A stretch of DNA of 59,964 nucleotides, the filler included, from Sphacelaria rigidula (taxonomy: Eukaryota): NCBI GenBank assembly GCA_964200075.2. It is 3 parts of 3 records of this genome, joined end to end, with 100 filler letters (N's around TTAATTAATTAA, not from the genome) between each part and the next. Parts side by side here need not be neighbours in the genome. Positions count along the whole stretch, not along the records: positions 20,035 to 39,949 come from CAXNAA020000587.1; positions 40,050 to 59,964 come from CAXNAA020000588.1; 1 more part is not named here. One strand, 5' to 3'. This document shows, piece after piece, positions 39,333 through 51,600 of this stretch. The notes under the pieces were generated by a model. The model searched no databases, was not told the DNA's origin, and saw nothing but the letters and a program-made list of their open reading frames with translations. Position 1 is the first letter of the stretch, and every line of letters begins with the position of its first letter. Position numbers and translations under genes: made by a program.

Positions 39333-39949
39333 TGGTAACTTGTTGGCGAGAACCACGTCAATCTTGCGTACTAGAGAAACTTACGGCGTGATGACGGTGC
39401 CACCTCGCGAGGAAAATATGATTTTGCAGGAGTGCTGACCGTTATATTTTCAGGATATCCGCTGCCATTATTTTTGACCGGCTTGTATCGGAAGTCCGAT
39501 CAGGGGTGGGACGGTTCGATTCGATATCTATTGTGTATTATCACCACTAGCCGTCGCCACGCTCTGTGGTGCGGGTATCAGTCACACTTACTTTGCCCTC
39601 TCGCAGGGTCACAGACCGCTTGCCGTTTCCCTTGTATGCGACTATTTTTTTCAGATTGTGGGTGTGCCCGTGTTTGGTGTATGGCGTAGTGGTGAAGAGG
39701 AGGAAGCCTTGTTATTTAGGCGAGTTTGTTGTGTGTGAAGCGTCAGCTCAAGCTGGCAGCTAGTCGTCGCTTTGCCCTTTGGGGCAGCTGAACGGTGCTG
39801 ATTCTTGTGTGTGTGTGGGGGGGGGCGGGGGGCGGGTAGAAAAGGCGTGGGGGGTTGGGTATTGGGTGGACGGGGGGGGGGGGCAAGGGACTTGTAAACC
39901 CTAGGGTTTGCTTGGTTTGGTATATTTGAGGCGCTGACAATTTTGTTGG

Positions 39950-40049
39950 NNNNNNNNNNNNNNNNNNNNNNNNNNNNNNNNNNNNNNNNNNNNTTAATTA
40001 ATTAANNNNNNNNNNNNNNNNNNNNNNNNNNNNNNNNNNNNNNNNNNNN
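39950..40049. other. Artificial contig linker (N44-TTAATTAATTAA-N44)
   Basis: Same 100-nt structure as 19935-20034. Confidence 0.98.
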
Positions 40050-40930
40050 GGACACAATCCCGGGGAGCGGTTGATTCTCATTTCAAGATACGTCCTCATT
40101 TTTCTGGCAACCCTGTTAATTATTTTCAAAACACTGGAGGAAATGAAATGGGACATGGGTAGGATACTATTCGGAACCTGAACTCTTCAAGCTACCCTAC
40201 CCATGGATGACAACGAGAGAAAAGGAAAGAAAAACAGGGGATTCGCACTAGACACCAGTCACTGGAGGATCACAATGTAAGTTGGAAGCAGACCCTGCAC
40301 GGCATCCATCTTGCGGGGCCAGTGGGTATGAGAGCACTGGAGGTCCTCATGGTTGCAGTAAAAGCTCTGACTCAATTGTGCGAGGGGATCCTTGCTGTAT
40401 GGAGACAGCGTGCACAGGTTCTGACGGAAAGGTGCGGGTAGGTCTGACTGCATCACCAGGCTTGCCAGCCAGCCATGAGTGAGGGTAACATGGTATTGAA
40501 CGGTGCTTCCGGAGGCACGTCGACCCTGTGCCAGGTGTTTGAGCACAGACGATCCTGCGCAACACGTCAACAGAACCGTAACGCACAATACATGGCCTCT
40601 CTCACTTGGACGGCGGCACATCGAACCGGACCTTTCAGCTTCTCGAGGCCAGCTTCTTGGAGGGAAGTCAAGGCTGCGAGGAGATTTAAGAAAGATTAAG
40701 CTCTCGGAGATGAGCGCCTACTCGATGGTTTTCACGCGCCTTCATCATACAGCGGTTGCATTCCCCGATTTGGCCAGGGTCGGGAGGAAACAAACAACTC
40801 TTTCACTTAGTGTGGTCACCGCCGAGGGAGAAATCAAGACCACGAAGCCGAAAATAGCCGCAGGACCCTCGTGGTTTCTCGCGCATGAGACCGTACCTTG
40901 GATAATACTCCCTCCAGCAAAAGCGGCTCC

Positions 40931-40932
<2 letters not shown>

Positions 40933-40980
<48 letters not shown>
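40933..40980. repeat. (AC)24 microsatellite
   Basis: Read directly. Confidence 0.98.
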
Positions 40981-40983
<3 letters not shown>

Positions 40984-41156
40984 GGCGGATATAACTACAG
41001 TACACATACAAGCGAGTACACCGCGAAGGACATGATCACCTATGGTAAATCCAGGTATCGGGAGCCGGACGAAATATATATATATATGAGGCGTGCCTCG
41101 TTAAGCGAACGGGCTCGTGCTGGACGAGTCAGTAACAGCGGATTCTCGAAAATGGG

Positions 41157-41526
41157 GTTGAAAACAAATGAGGTTTGACTCAAAAGCCGTGCTTTCTCTG
41201 ACCTAAATTCATAACAAATGACTATCATATGGACCACCCCATCCCTCCCGACCTCCCTAAAACTATTTCGGGGGATTTCTAGCCTTTCGTTCCCCCAAAG
41301 GGTATGTGCGAAAGCACACTTTTGCCTCGATTTTGGGATGAAAAAGGACATTTTTGGCCCCAAAATCGTGCTTTCGCACAAACCTAGGGGGGACGGAAGG
41401 CTAGAAACCCCTCGAAGCAGTTTCAAGGAGGTCGCGAGGGATGGGGTGGTCCACATGAAAGTCTTTTGTCATGAATTTAGGTCAGAGAAAGCACGGCTCT
41501 TGAGCTGAACCTCATTTTCTTTCAAC
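41157..41526. mobile_element. ~370-bp foldback (long inverted-repeat) element
   Basis: The left arm (~41157-41337) is the imperfect reverse complement of the right arm (~41359-41526). For example, AGCCGTGCTTTCTCTGACCTAAATTCAT pairs with ATGAATTTAGGTCAGAGAAAGCACGGCT. Confidence 0.85.
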
Positions 41527-43150
41527 TGTGATGTGATAAGGGTGAGGCACCTTGAGAAGGGAGTAATGGTGTTCACAACGATTGATTGCAGGTTCAGACC
41601 TCTGTGTACGTTGTTCGTTTACTCAGCTCAGCAGCGCGGGCTGACCACAGTCGCTCTCGTGTATTTCACGCAAGGGGACAACAAGCAAATATAGACAAGA
41701 GTAGCACCGTTTTTTCACGGAATTGATTGCATCCAAACTTCATCTTCAGAACAGGCAAATGCAACACAAACCGAAACAAGCCGAAGCCTTCATCAATAAA
41801 ACACACCATACAAAACAGCAGCCCGACTACTGCTCTTATCGCTGGGACTCACTTTCTCGCGGTTCGTAGATACTCCAATGGGGAAACTGTTGAATTGCAG
41901 CCAAAAACCGGAAATGAGAAGAGGGTGATGCTCGTGGGAACTGCTTACAGCTCAAACGTGTTTCGCCGCCCCATAGTTATCATAAACTGAGGTCAAACCA
42001 TAAAATCCAAGAGCCGAGCTCTTCAATACATGCCATGGTTGGGCCACTACCTTTTTTTTCGAATTCAAATACATACTCTCCGTAGAACGTCAACCCAAGG
42101 GGCAGCCAATTTTCCACTATTTGAATATGGAAATGTACATCATTTGATGTCACCTTTGCCCAAGATCATGGCTACGTCCTGCAGTCACATCATATCACAC
42201 AACCTCATGTTCGGGAATCCACTGTTCAGTGACGAAAGTAGTATTTGCTCCATCACTACCGGAGGAGGGGGCGGGCGGCGTAAGTAGAAGATATGCACCA
42301 TATGGCACTATGATGCAAAGTAGTGTGCATCTACAAATACAAATGGAATACATGCCACGAGTATTCTAACCCAAGGTACAAACTCTGACCAGTGAATGAG
42401 CCACAAGTTGATTGAATCAGGCTACCTGCATCATTACACTGACTAGGTTCAGTACAACACCAGTCGGTAGTCATTTTACACTACATATTTCGAAACGGCG
42501 GGCGCGCGTACGTATTTTCGTACACATGCTGTTGGGCAGCGATACGCCCGGACGACTCAAAACGATCTATATGGCAGGAATTAAACAGTCAAATACGCCC
42601 CATACCTCACCACTTGAAACACAAAATCTCACCAGAGCTAATATTCCAACGAATGATCGCACAACCGAAAGAAGTGCATCCAGCAGCAGAACAACGGTAA
42701 TGGAGGTTGCAGCACAAGGCCGCAACACAAGAGCTTCAACTTGGCAGTACAAAAGGAGAGGAGGGTGTTCTCAGCTCCTGGATGGATACACTTGCACGGG
42801 TTCCCCAGAACAGTCCTCTTTCCCGACTACAATACAATGCCATAAAAGGGTTGCTGGCAACACGCGGGGATGTTGATCGATGTCGCTCGCAGCTCGACGA
42901 CCTCGGCAACTTTCGATGCGACGAACCGGCCGCGAAAGTTACATCAAAATCGACAGATCTCCACACGCAAGAGCTTCCTCGCGACATGCACAGTACGATA
43001 CGTGGTTAGCGACGCCGTCGTTTTCGACTTGGACGACATTCATCAAGCTTGCGCATCTCTCGCGTTGGTTCATTCCGAGAGGTATGACACCATTCACGGT
43101 GCAGTGATGACCAATTCGCAAGCCGAGTGTAGAACATGACATTTTTCCTT

Positions 43151-46100
43151 CTATAGCCAAATACTCGAAGCTCTCGAAGCGTCCGAAGGGCTCAAAGTTG
43201 GCGGGAGAGCAGAACCGCCATCTTCGGAAACATCCACAGGACTTAGAGCTGGCAAAAGCGTCGGTGAAAGGTCGTCGTGCGCTGGTCTGGGTCGCATTGT
43301 GCACTTGCTCCGACTAGTCGTTGGCGCCTTGCCAGTAGTACCCGTCCGAGGTGGCCGTAAATCCTTGCGGCTGCGATACGAATCCTCGTTGCCAACCAAC
43401 GATGCTCTCCTCATGATCATCGGCCCGTGGGTATTTGTTGCCGAGGCGTCGGTTCTGGTGGAGCTACCCTTGCTGCTCACATGATGATTGCTGTTTCTTG
43501 TGAAACAAGATCGGCATATTCGACGGTGCACGTTCCGATTCACGAAGCCCATGGCCGCCAGAACAAGCGCTGACACAACTGCAACAGCAATCTCCAACAA
43601 GATGAGCTGCACTGGTTGGGGTAGATCTGCATAAAGAGAGATGGCGAGATGGGGTAATCAGCCGAATAAGGGTAGCATTAGCTTCGTTGCCGTGAAGATT
43701 TCTTGATTCTAGCAAACGGATTGTAGCGCAGCACGAACAAACGTCTACATAAATTACGCATGAGCGACACAAACATCGTCCACGGAGAAATGTGCCCATG
43801 CATCTGTAGCCATGTCCTTGAGAATACAAACACAGTAGTCCAGAAATGCGAGCAAAGGGCCGCGAACTTCGGGGTCGCAAACTCCGGCGCGAAACATATC
43901 AATCTGCCAAGGTGGGGGGACGAACTAAACCTTCGTGCAATTCGTTCGAAGATGAATGCCCAGTAATCTACGCTCGCTGTTGGTGCCAAGGACATCCCTT
44001 CCGATGCCTTCATTTACCGGCACCCCCACGCACATGATGTATTCAAAATCACAATTTAAAACGCCATTTTACTCTCAAAGCCGGTTTCGAAACTCACCTT
44101 TATTCGTGAGCGAACACAACAGACTCCTGGTGGAAGCCAGGCGGCTGGTTCTCCGCAACAACACGAGTTGATCCCATTCAAACTTTAGCAGGGGGGTTCT
44201 CGGGGATTCATAAAAATATCGTGCCCCAAAATTATTTATGTTCTTCACAGTGTGTATTATTATGCAATGATCAGAACATCCTCCGCACTCGACCTCATAC
44301 TTTGGGGATGATGTGTGTGCCGCTTTTACCTCCTGATCCTGCAGATGGATCCCGCGGCGCAAGACCTGACGATGGGCATGAAACAACGTGTGGGGTCGGA
44401 GTAGGGGGATGTCAGGGAGTGAGGATCCATGGCCGAGAAACGCTATCCTGAAGGATCCGTTGCAAGATAGGGGCATTAGGACAGGCGTTTCAAAATCATC
44501 TCAGAAGTAACTAGCCTATCACTGGTCAGAAAAACGTTTCCCTGACCCATCAATCGGGGCGGATTTACTCCAGCTTTGATGGACAGAAACGAGTCTAGCC
44601 GATGTGCCAGATTTGCTGGGCTCAAACGGCCTTTACCACAAAAGCCAAGCCAAGCGAATCGGGCGAGTGGGCTAGACTCGTTTCAGGGGGATGATGTATG
44701 GTGCACAAAGCACGTGGTGGCGACACTTCCCATCTTCGGGTCAGCTACGGCGCCAAAATCAACGCAGAATTCAATCTCCGTAAGGTGTGGCCTTGTACCG
44801 TGCTACTGCAGTGCAATCATGACTATTCACAACAAGCCTTTCAATATTTCGTGCTCATAGTGATCCCACGATTGCATTGCCAAAAGGCATGAACGGAAAT
44901 GGCTAGGCGTGCGTTCTGGTGGAGCTAGTACCGATCACGAAATACTAGTATGGTTGGCTTGTCAGAGTATGCTGTGATCTGCGAATGCTTCCTAAATACA
45001 TCGCTCTGCTGCTGATGACTGGTACGACTTCTCATCACGTGCGCAGCGTCACAGCGTATATGCAATGCATGTGTTGAGCATACATTCGCTGGCATGGCAG
45101 AGGCAAATCGCGTGCTCACCAAGATATTGCAAGTTGCTGAATAGGCGCGCCGAACCAACACCTGGCAACCTCACAGGTGATGTATCCTTTCTGATGAGTT
45201 GGAACCCGTTGAATACAGCCTCCTCCGCGCACCTGTGGCAAGAGTAAAGGGCTACGTGTAGGTTTTTGTTCGATTGATTATCACGCACTAACGCATCCCC
45301 TCGGGGTTCAGCCGTCGTCGCAAGATAGATGCACCCAAGCCAAGCGGAAACCCTCGTCCAAGAAAAAATAAAATGAACGAAGCAAAGAATCAAGACAACA
45401 GCAAAATAGCGCAGAAAATGGCGGAAAACGATTGGAGAAGGGCAGGACAAAATGGAAACCGGTCCTGACGTAAAATAATGAAATCAAACTGCATACCGCC
45501 GGCCGTTGCAGCAAGGCTTCAGGTCAAAAAAGGCCGTGTGCAACCACTGATGTGCATGAGTATGTGTTCACTGCACACGAGCGTTTCGTAGGCGTGAACA
45601 ATACCGTAAGGTACAACGGAGGCATCTAAAACGACCTAAAAACAGAAGAGATTTAATTCTACTCGAGTGCGGCTAATGTCGATTTCGTGACATTCCATAT
45701 ATTTATGCAGAGTCGGCTGGACGTTAGATATGCACTGGCGCGCTTACGTGGAAGACTTCCTCGATTCATTGTAAGTCCTGAATGAGCTCAGACCTCGGTA
45801 CATGATGAACTGCAACCCTTCAACGTTCCATTGCATTATCGTGAAAACTCCCCTTGGGATCTCAGCCCCACCTGGTATCTTCATCTTGGTCTAATAATCC
45901 ATACGGGATGTCTATCGCTGCGTATCCAGCACAATTGCAAACTAATGTAGGGCTCCCGACCCTTCAATGTCGCTTGGGTACCTGCCTTCCTAGATCTACC
46001 AGATGACGTACTAATAGCACATAAAACCCGTTGTGAACAAACCGGGAGGCCCCGCGGACATTCCGCCTTGCATTGCTCCTTCAGTAACTCCGGTTCGCGT

Positions 46101-48658
46101 GGTGGTACGGACGGCGAAATATTTGTCGTTGGGAGTCTCTCGGGCGGAGAAACATCGGTTGATGCTGCGTTCATCGCCAGCGTTTCGTTTTGATAGGCGT
46201 CCGCACTCTGTTATGCATGTACGCAGGGTTCCAAAAAAGGCGTATATATCGCTTGTCAAAACTCGAAGACTCACCATCCACCTTCTACCGCCGTCCACCT
46301 CATCGCCGCAGGATTAAATCCGACGTGAATTTTCCAATATCTCCACCGTCCTCGACGTCCGCGCATGGTCAAGTTCCGCTCCACGATTTCTCCCATGGTG
46401 TCACTGCAAGTCGATTCCGAGCAGATGGTCGCCACAACGCGCGCGGAGCCCGTGCGCGCACACGCCTTCACTCCGAGGCCATATGCATACAAATCTGTAC
46501 GCCAACGGCAGTTAGTCCGGGATGATGTTGATGATAGAGCCAACGAGAACGCAACCTGCATTTTCTACCGATCTGCCGTGGTGTACGAAGTATTGGTTTG
46601 TACGCGCAAGCGTCGGTTCTAGCATCTGCATCGGGGTTTGTCGGATTTTCGGTGCAACTTGGGAGGGAAAATATATATCTGAAGGAAGGGGACGGGGGGG
46701 ATACGTTGTCAGCAAGTTGGAGTGCGAAGCTCGATGCTTCCGATAGCGGCACTATGCCGATTATTCAAATCTCGGCGTACGAATCCGGAGTACGAAGCTG
46801 CTGTACCACCTTCGGGCAACGAGTGCAATTTCCATGTGTTGAAGCGTTGAGATGGTCACATGATTTTACGTCTTGCTTCGATCGCAGGCGTTTGAGTGGA
46901 CTGTGTACTACCTGCACGTCACATCGCACTGGACATACGGACAGGCACGAGTCGTTTTTGCCGTAGCATCACCGTCGCAACGGCACTGCTGAGGAAAGGC
47001 AAAGTGTACTCGCAAGAGTGCTTTCAAGCCGCATACTCCTGATGGTACGTTCACAGACTTGAGCGTTTCCCAACTTCGTAAAAATTAGGAAACTCATGAC
47101 CAAGCAACTACCCACTGAAGGACGGTAATGTGTCACAGTCCCGAGCAATCGTAGCTCACAAGCCAGCACGTGTTCCGTCACGGGGAGAGGATACTGAACT
47201 CAAGTAGCTTCGGCACCAAATTGGATCAAAGCACACATTCTCCGTAACAAAGATGAAACTGCCATTCACGCCAAACCTGCTGCCATTCACGCCAAACCTG
47301 AAATCGACTCGATCGCCATGTCCCGATTGAAAAACAACGGCGATTACTGTTAGAATCAAGTGGTTACTGACAGGATACCAAAATCAATGAAAATCGAATC
47401 GAACTTAATCAGACGGGGGGTGACAGCGCCATGGCTCCTCCGGACAGATCTCGCGCCTCTCCGACTCACCTGAACCTTGAAGATTGAAGAATCGCCACGC
47501 GCTTTGGCAGGGGTACGTCGTCGCGGGTGATGGTAAATTGTCATTCACCCCCCACTGGCATCCTGGGACGCCCAGGTCTCCGTCCAAGAATAGTTTGGCG
47601 CCTCTACCTAACAGGTTTTCTCCATCTTCCCAAATAACTTGCTCGATGCACCTGTAACGAAAACGGTAGAAGAGGCGCCATCCAGTCAAGCTCGAACCCG
47701 CCGAATATAGTAACGCCGAGTCATCTATTTTCGGCGGTGTGAGATGTGACGGACAACGAAGACAATGTGGCGGATGGCTTTCCTTGAGTCATTCAAGAAG
47801 CTGTTTTATCACTATGCTGTCACAGTGGTGCGCCTGCGTCCTTTGCATGGAATATTGCAGTTCGGTACTGTGGTTGCAATGTAAGGCATACCAGTCTACA
47901 TCTTGTGTTTGAAATTCGGCTCTATAGCATAACCGTAGTATAACTTGTGACGGTTCAACGAAATCTTGAATCGTGAAATCATTCTACTTTATATCTTCGA
48001 CCTTCCCTTTCAGCCAATGTGTAACTCGGAATGTCGAGGTAGACGACTGACCGACTGTAGTGGAGTAACTGGGGCCACACACCCTGCAGCGGGTAATTAC
48101 TCCGGTTTTCAGTGTTGAGCCATAATCCATCTCGAAAGACGGAGTACCTCAGACAGCACGTCACAAAAAGTGCCGCATTGCATACATTTCGTCCGATGTT
48201 ACTGAAGCCCCTGCCTACTGTGCAACGAACGCCCCTAGCACACGATATGCATGCATCAGTCAACTCGCCGCCACATCCGACGGACAATGCAGCAACACCT
48301 CCAAGCGACAGATCCTTTTCACGTCGATTTTCTCCACAACCGCGGAGACCATATTGCCAAACGCTTGCGTCGACTTCCAGGGATTTGTTGATGACGGGTT
48401 CTCTCCGAAGTGTACGGTCTTGCTTCTTGAGGAAATGGAACCTGAGACATGTGATACTGAGGTGTGGTGTGCCCCGTCATCAACGGCACAGGAACGCACA
48501 GCAATGAGACTCTCACCATGAGTCGGTGCCCTCCACAGACATGTTCATAGTATGCGGTTCGTAGTCCAGCGGAACCGGCAGCGAATTCCAAATCCCGATT
48601 GGGTTTAACTGACCATGTTCGTTGTAGTCATTCTTCGGAGCGCCCTCGCAAGGGCTCT
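43151..48658 (-). CDS. 3' part of a multi-exon gene for an unrecognised Cys/Trp-rich protein with a probable C-terminal transmembrane helix
   Basis: Phase-consistent exons 48658-48517, 48441-48052, 47651-47470, 47346-47160 and 46403-46275, then 45232-45120 and 44447-44330. The putative last exon (~43611-43151) encodes LILLEIAVAVVSALVLAAMGFV followed by basic NRNVHRR. Junctions near 46200-46030 and 44000-43620, and the 5' end, are unresolved. Confidence 0.6.
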
Positions 48659-51600
48659 CTGTGCCGCAAAACGACAGCTGAACTTTGCTCTGCGTGCCCG
48701 CGTTGGTGCTGTTGCACGTCAGGACGTGCAGCGTATATCCTGCGACTGGTGCGCAACAGAAAACAACGAGTTTGTCGAAATTGGGAGCACCAGGCTACGC
48801 ACATGTCGGAAACGTGCCGAGACACAAGCAACAAAAAAGACATCTCTGCGCAAGTCATACAGTTCATAGGTGATATATCACAATCACGGGTTGAAGCGCT
48901 GTGTATCTTGTCTATTCGTTTTCCTTGCCTTACGTACGTGCGGCACATCGATTGCATCTAAAAATACCAAATATACCAACTAGACCGGGATTCGCTTGTG
49001 ATGAATGAAACTAGGTATAGCAGTCTGACCAGCAGGTATCGCATGTACTAGGATATGGGGTACACTGCTGTGGCACGATCGGAAAGGGCGCGCCTACGAC
49101 AGCAGCGAGTATTCCTGAAAGGTTGCGCGTGCAGAGAAAAAAAGGAAAGAAAATCGAGATGTTTGCAACGCTTTGTCATGAAATGTTTCACAATAAACTA
49201 CAGTCCACAGCATCGTTGTATCTCGAATTAAATGTGGGAAGTTGCGCGGGGTACATTGGGAATGAACCATCAGCGAGGGTAAAAGCCCGAGGACGAAATA
49301 TCATGCCCCGGATCACAACACCCTGTTATGAACCGACAACACCACAAGCAGCAACAAAGGGCGGTACGCGCGAAATATACGCGTCTGGGAGCAAGATCAC
49401 ATGGCCCCGTTGCTGACCGCACCCCGCGTGAGATAGACGCTCGAGAGCGCGGCGAACACTGATGGCGATGACATGATTGCAGTCCGTAGCTTCCCGCCGC
49501 CGCTGCTTTCTCTCGGCGGGAGCAGGGTATTTATTGGGTGGAAGAATCGAGTCGTTTCCGTGAATGTGGGACCCTACCGGGGAATCTCGAACCTGTGCGT
49601 GGAGGGCGAAAATTGAGAGCAGAACGGGCAGCCGTGTAGGTGTGTTCAACACGCAGTCCTGCAGTACAATCCGAGTGGGGATGACCTCAGGCACCTCGGT
49701 TCTCCGTTTACAGGTACTGATGCATTGCTCCTTCGTTGCAATGCGGGTATGGTTACTACCGTTGTATGAATGAATGATGACACACCACGACTGGGACACC
49801 TACGACAGAAATCCCACCTGCCCCAGACTCAAGCAGAGGTAAATATGGAATGCACGTGTTCCGGAACTCAGAGATATTGCATGCTATTCAGAAATGCGCG
49901 GCGCTTGCATATCGATCAATGTACAGTGATAATCAGCAGCGACACGAAGCTTCAACAGCCCTTCTCCAGAAGATTTCTTTCCGGTACTTACTACCCAACC
50001 TCTTGTACACGAAACAGTCGCCGCAAGTTCACGATATATTAAGTGCAGCGTCAGATTGTCGTCAGCCAGGTCAGAATACGGTACAGTGGAAACTGAGTTT
50101 TAACAGTCTCCAAGTCTGGTCTCTGGACAGGAGCTTCATGGGTACTGCCGTCATGTACCGCTGTCCAGCTGTCACATGTCAGCGATTCAAGACCACAGAC
50201 GATAACAGTACAGTTTACAGCAATCCTTCGTCAAAATTACATGCTTGAAACGCTTTTGTTTTTCGTGTGAAAACTGGCGTTCGCACCCTACGGGGCTAGC
50301 AGTCTTGAGTGCTCGCCACCGTTTGCAGCGCGCGTTTCTGCTCGCATCAGCCCCTGCGGTGCCAATCGAGCCAATGCGCACATGCACCGTCTGCAACCTC
50401 TCGCCCCAGAGTCTCGGCCTGCCTCGGGTTGGGGTATGACACACGCTTACGGGTGCGATTTGGCCTGCACAAACAGTGATAGCCCTTTCAGCCCTGGGGG
50501 GCTGTTGCTGCGAGGATGAGCCTGTGATAGTTGGGCCGAGTAAAGCGGATGACAGCTACAAGTATAGGTGGCCAACAAGAGGCTGGGTGAGCAGCAAGGC
50601 ACATTTCTCGCTGTTGCGATTGAAGCGTCTGCTTGCTGCAGTAGGCGGGAGCAAATGGTTGCTGAGCGGAAATTTGTTCTTGGTCTGAAACCGTCAAATC
50701 GATGCGTTATTCAGGGAGGGGGCGGGGATAAGACCGAACACATGTAGAGGAAGCAGGTTACAGCGGACATCACTCAAGGGTGTTGCTGCTGTAGGGCGAG
50801 ATTGAACACCAACCAACTGCTGTGGGGCATGTCTAACGAGGTTAGTGTACAAGATAGAGTCCCAAAGGTGTTGCCCGCTTCGGCTGATTTCTGATTAGAT
50901 CAAGAATGAGATGCCGACAGACCTACTCGGGCTGCCACCTAGAGACAAAATACATTATAAAATGGTTTCAAAAAGAGAGAAGATTTTGCTGCTGCATGAG
51001 ACGTGCGCAATGCCGCCCACGGGAAGTGTCGGAACTCCCTCAGCTACTGCGTTTCAACCAACCTGACAGTATTTTGCGACAGGTCATATTCCAACCCGTC
51101 TTTCATCTCGAGACCATATCTGCGACACTTACGTCATAGGGTCGAAGAACACGCACATATTACCATGAACACTCTTTTTGGGTCGGTCCTAGGGTTGCAA
51201 CAGTATCTTCTCTGTCTAACGTTCGTTGGCGTACCAACTCAGCGTGCGCACTCACCAGCAGTGTATCGGTCGACAATATGCCGCGATTTGCCTTGGATAC
51301 ACCTATGTTGGTCCCTTTACGTTCGTTTGGGTGTGTGCGGGGGGTTGACAGTAAAACGGGATCCTATGTAGGCACGTTTGACACCTGAATGTAAGGGCTG
51401 CGAACCCTCTCTCAGGAATCGAAGGCCCTAGTATGCCCCTAGGACACCCACATAGCTTATTTCACCCCCAGGGCCGTTTGTAAGACGACGTAAACGTGCG
51501 CAATGGTGAATCTCTCGCCCTTCTGCGGTGTGAATGACTGCTGTCGCGCTTCGGTTTTGGGTACCATCCTCAATAGCTTTTGTTGTGGACCAAGTCTGCC

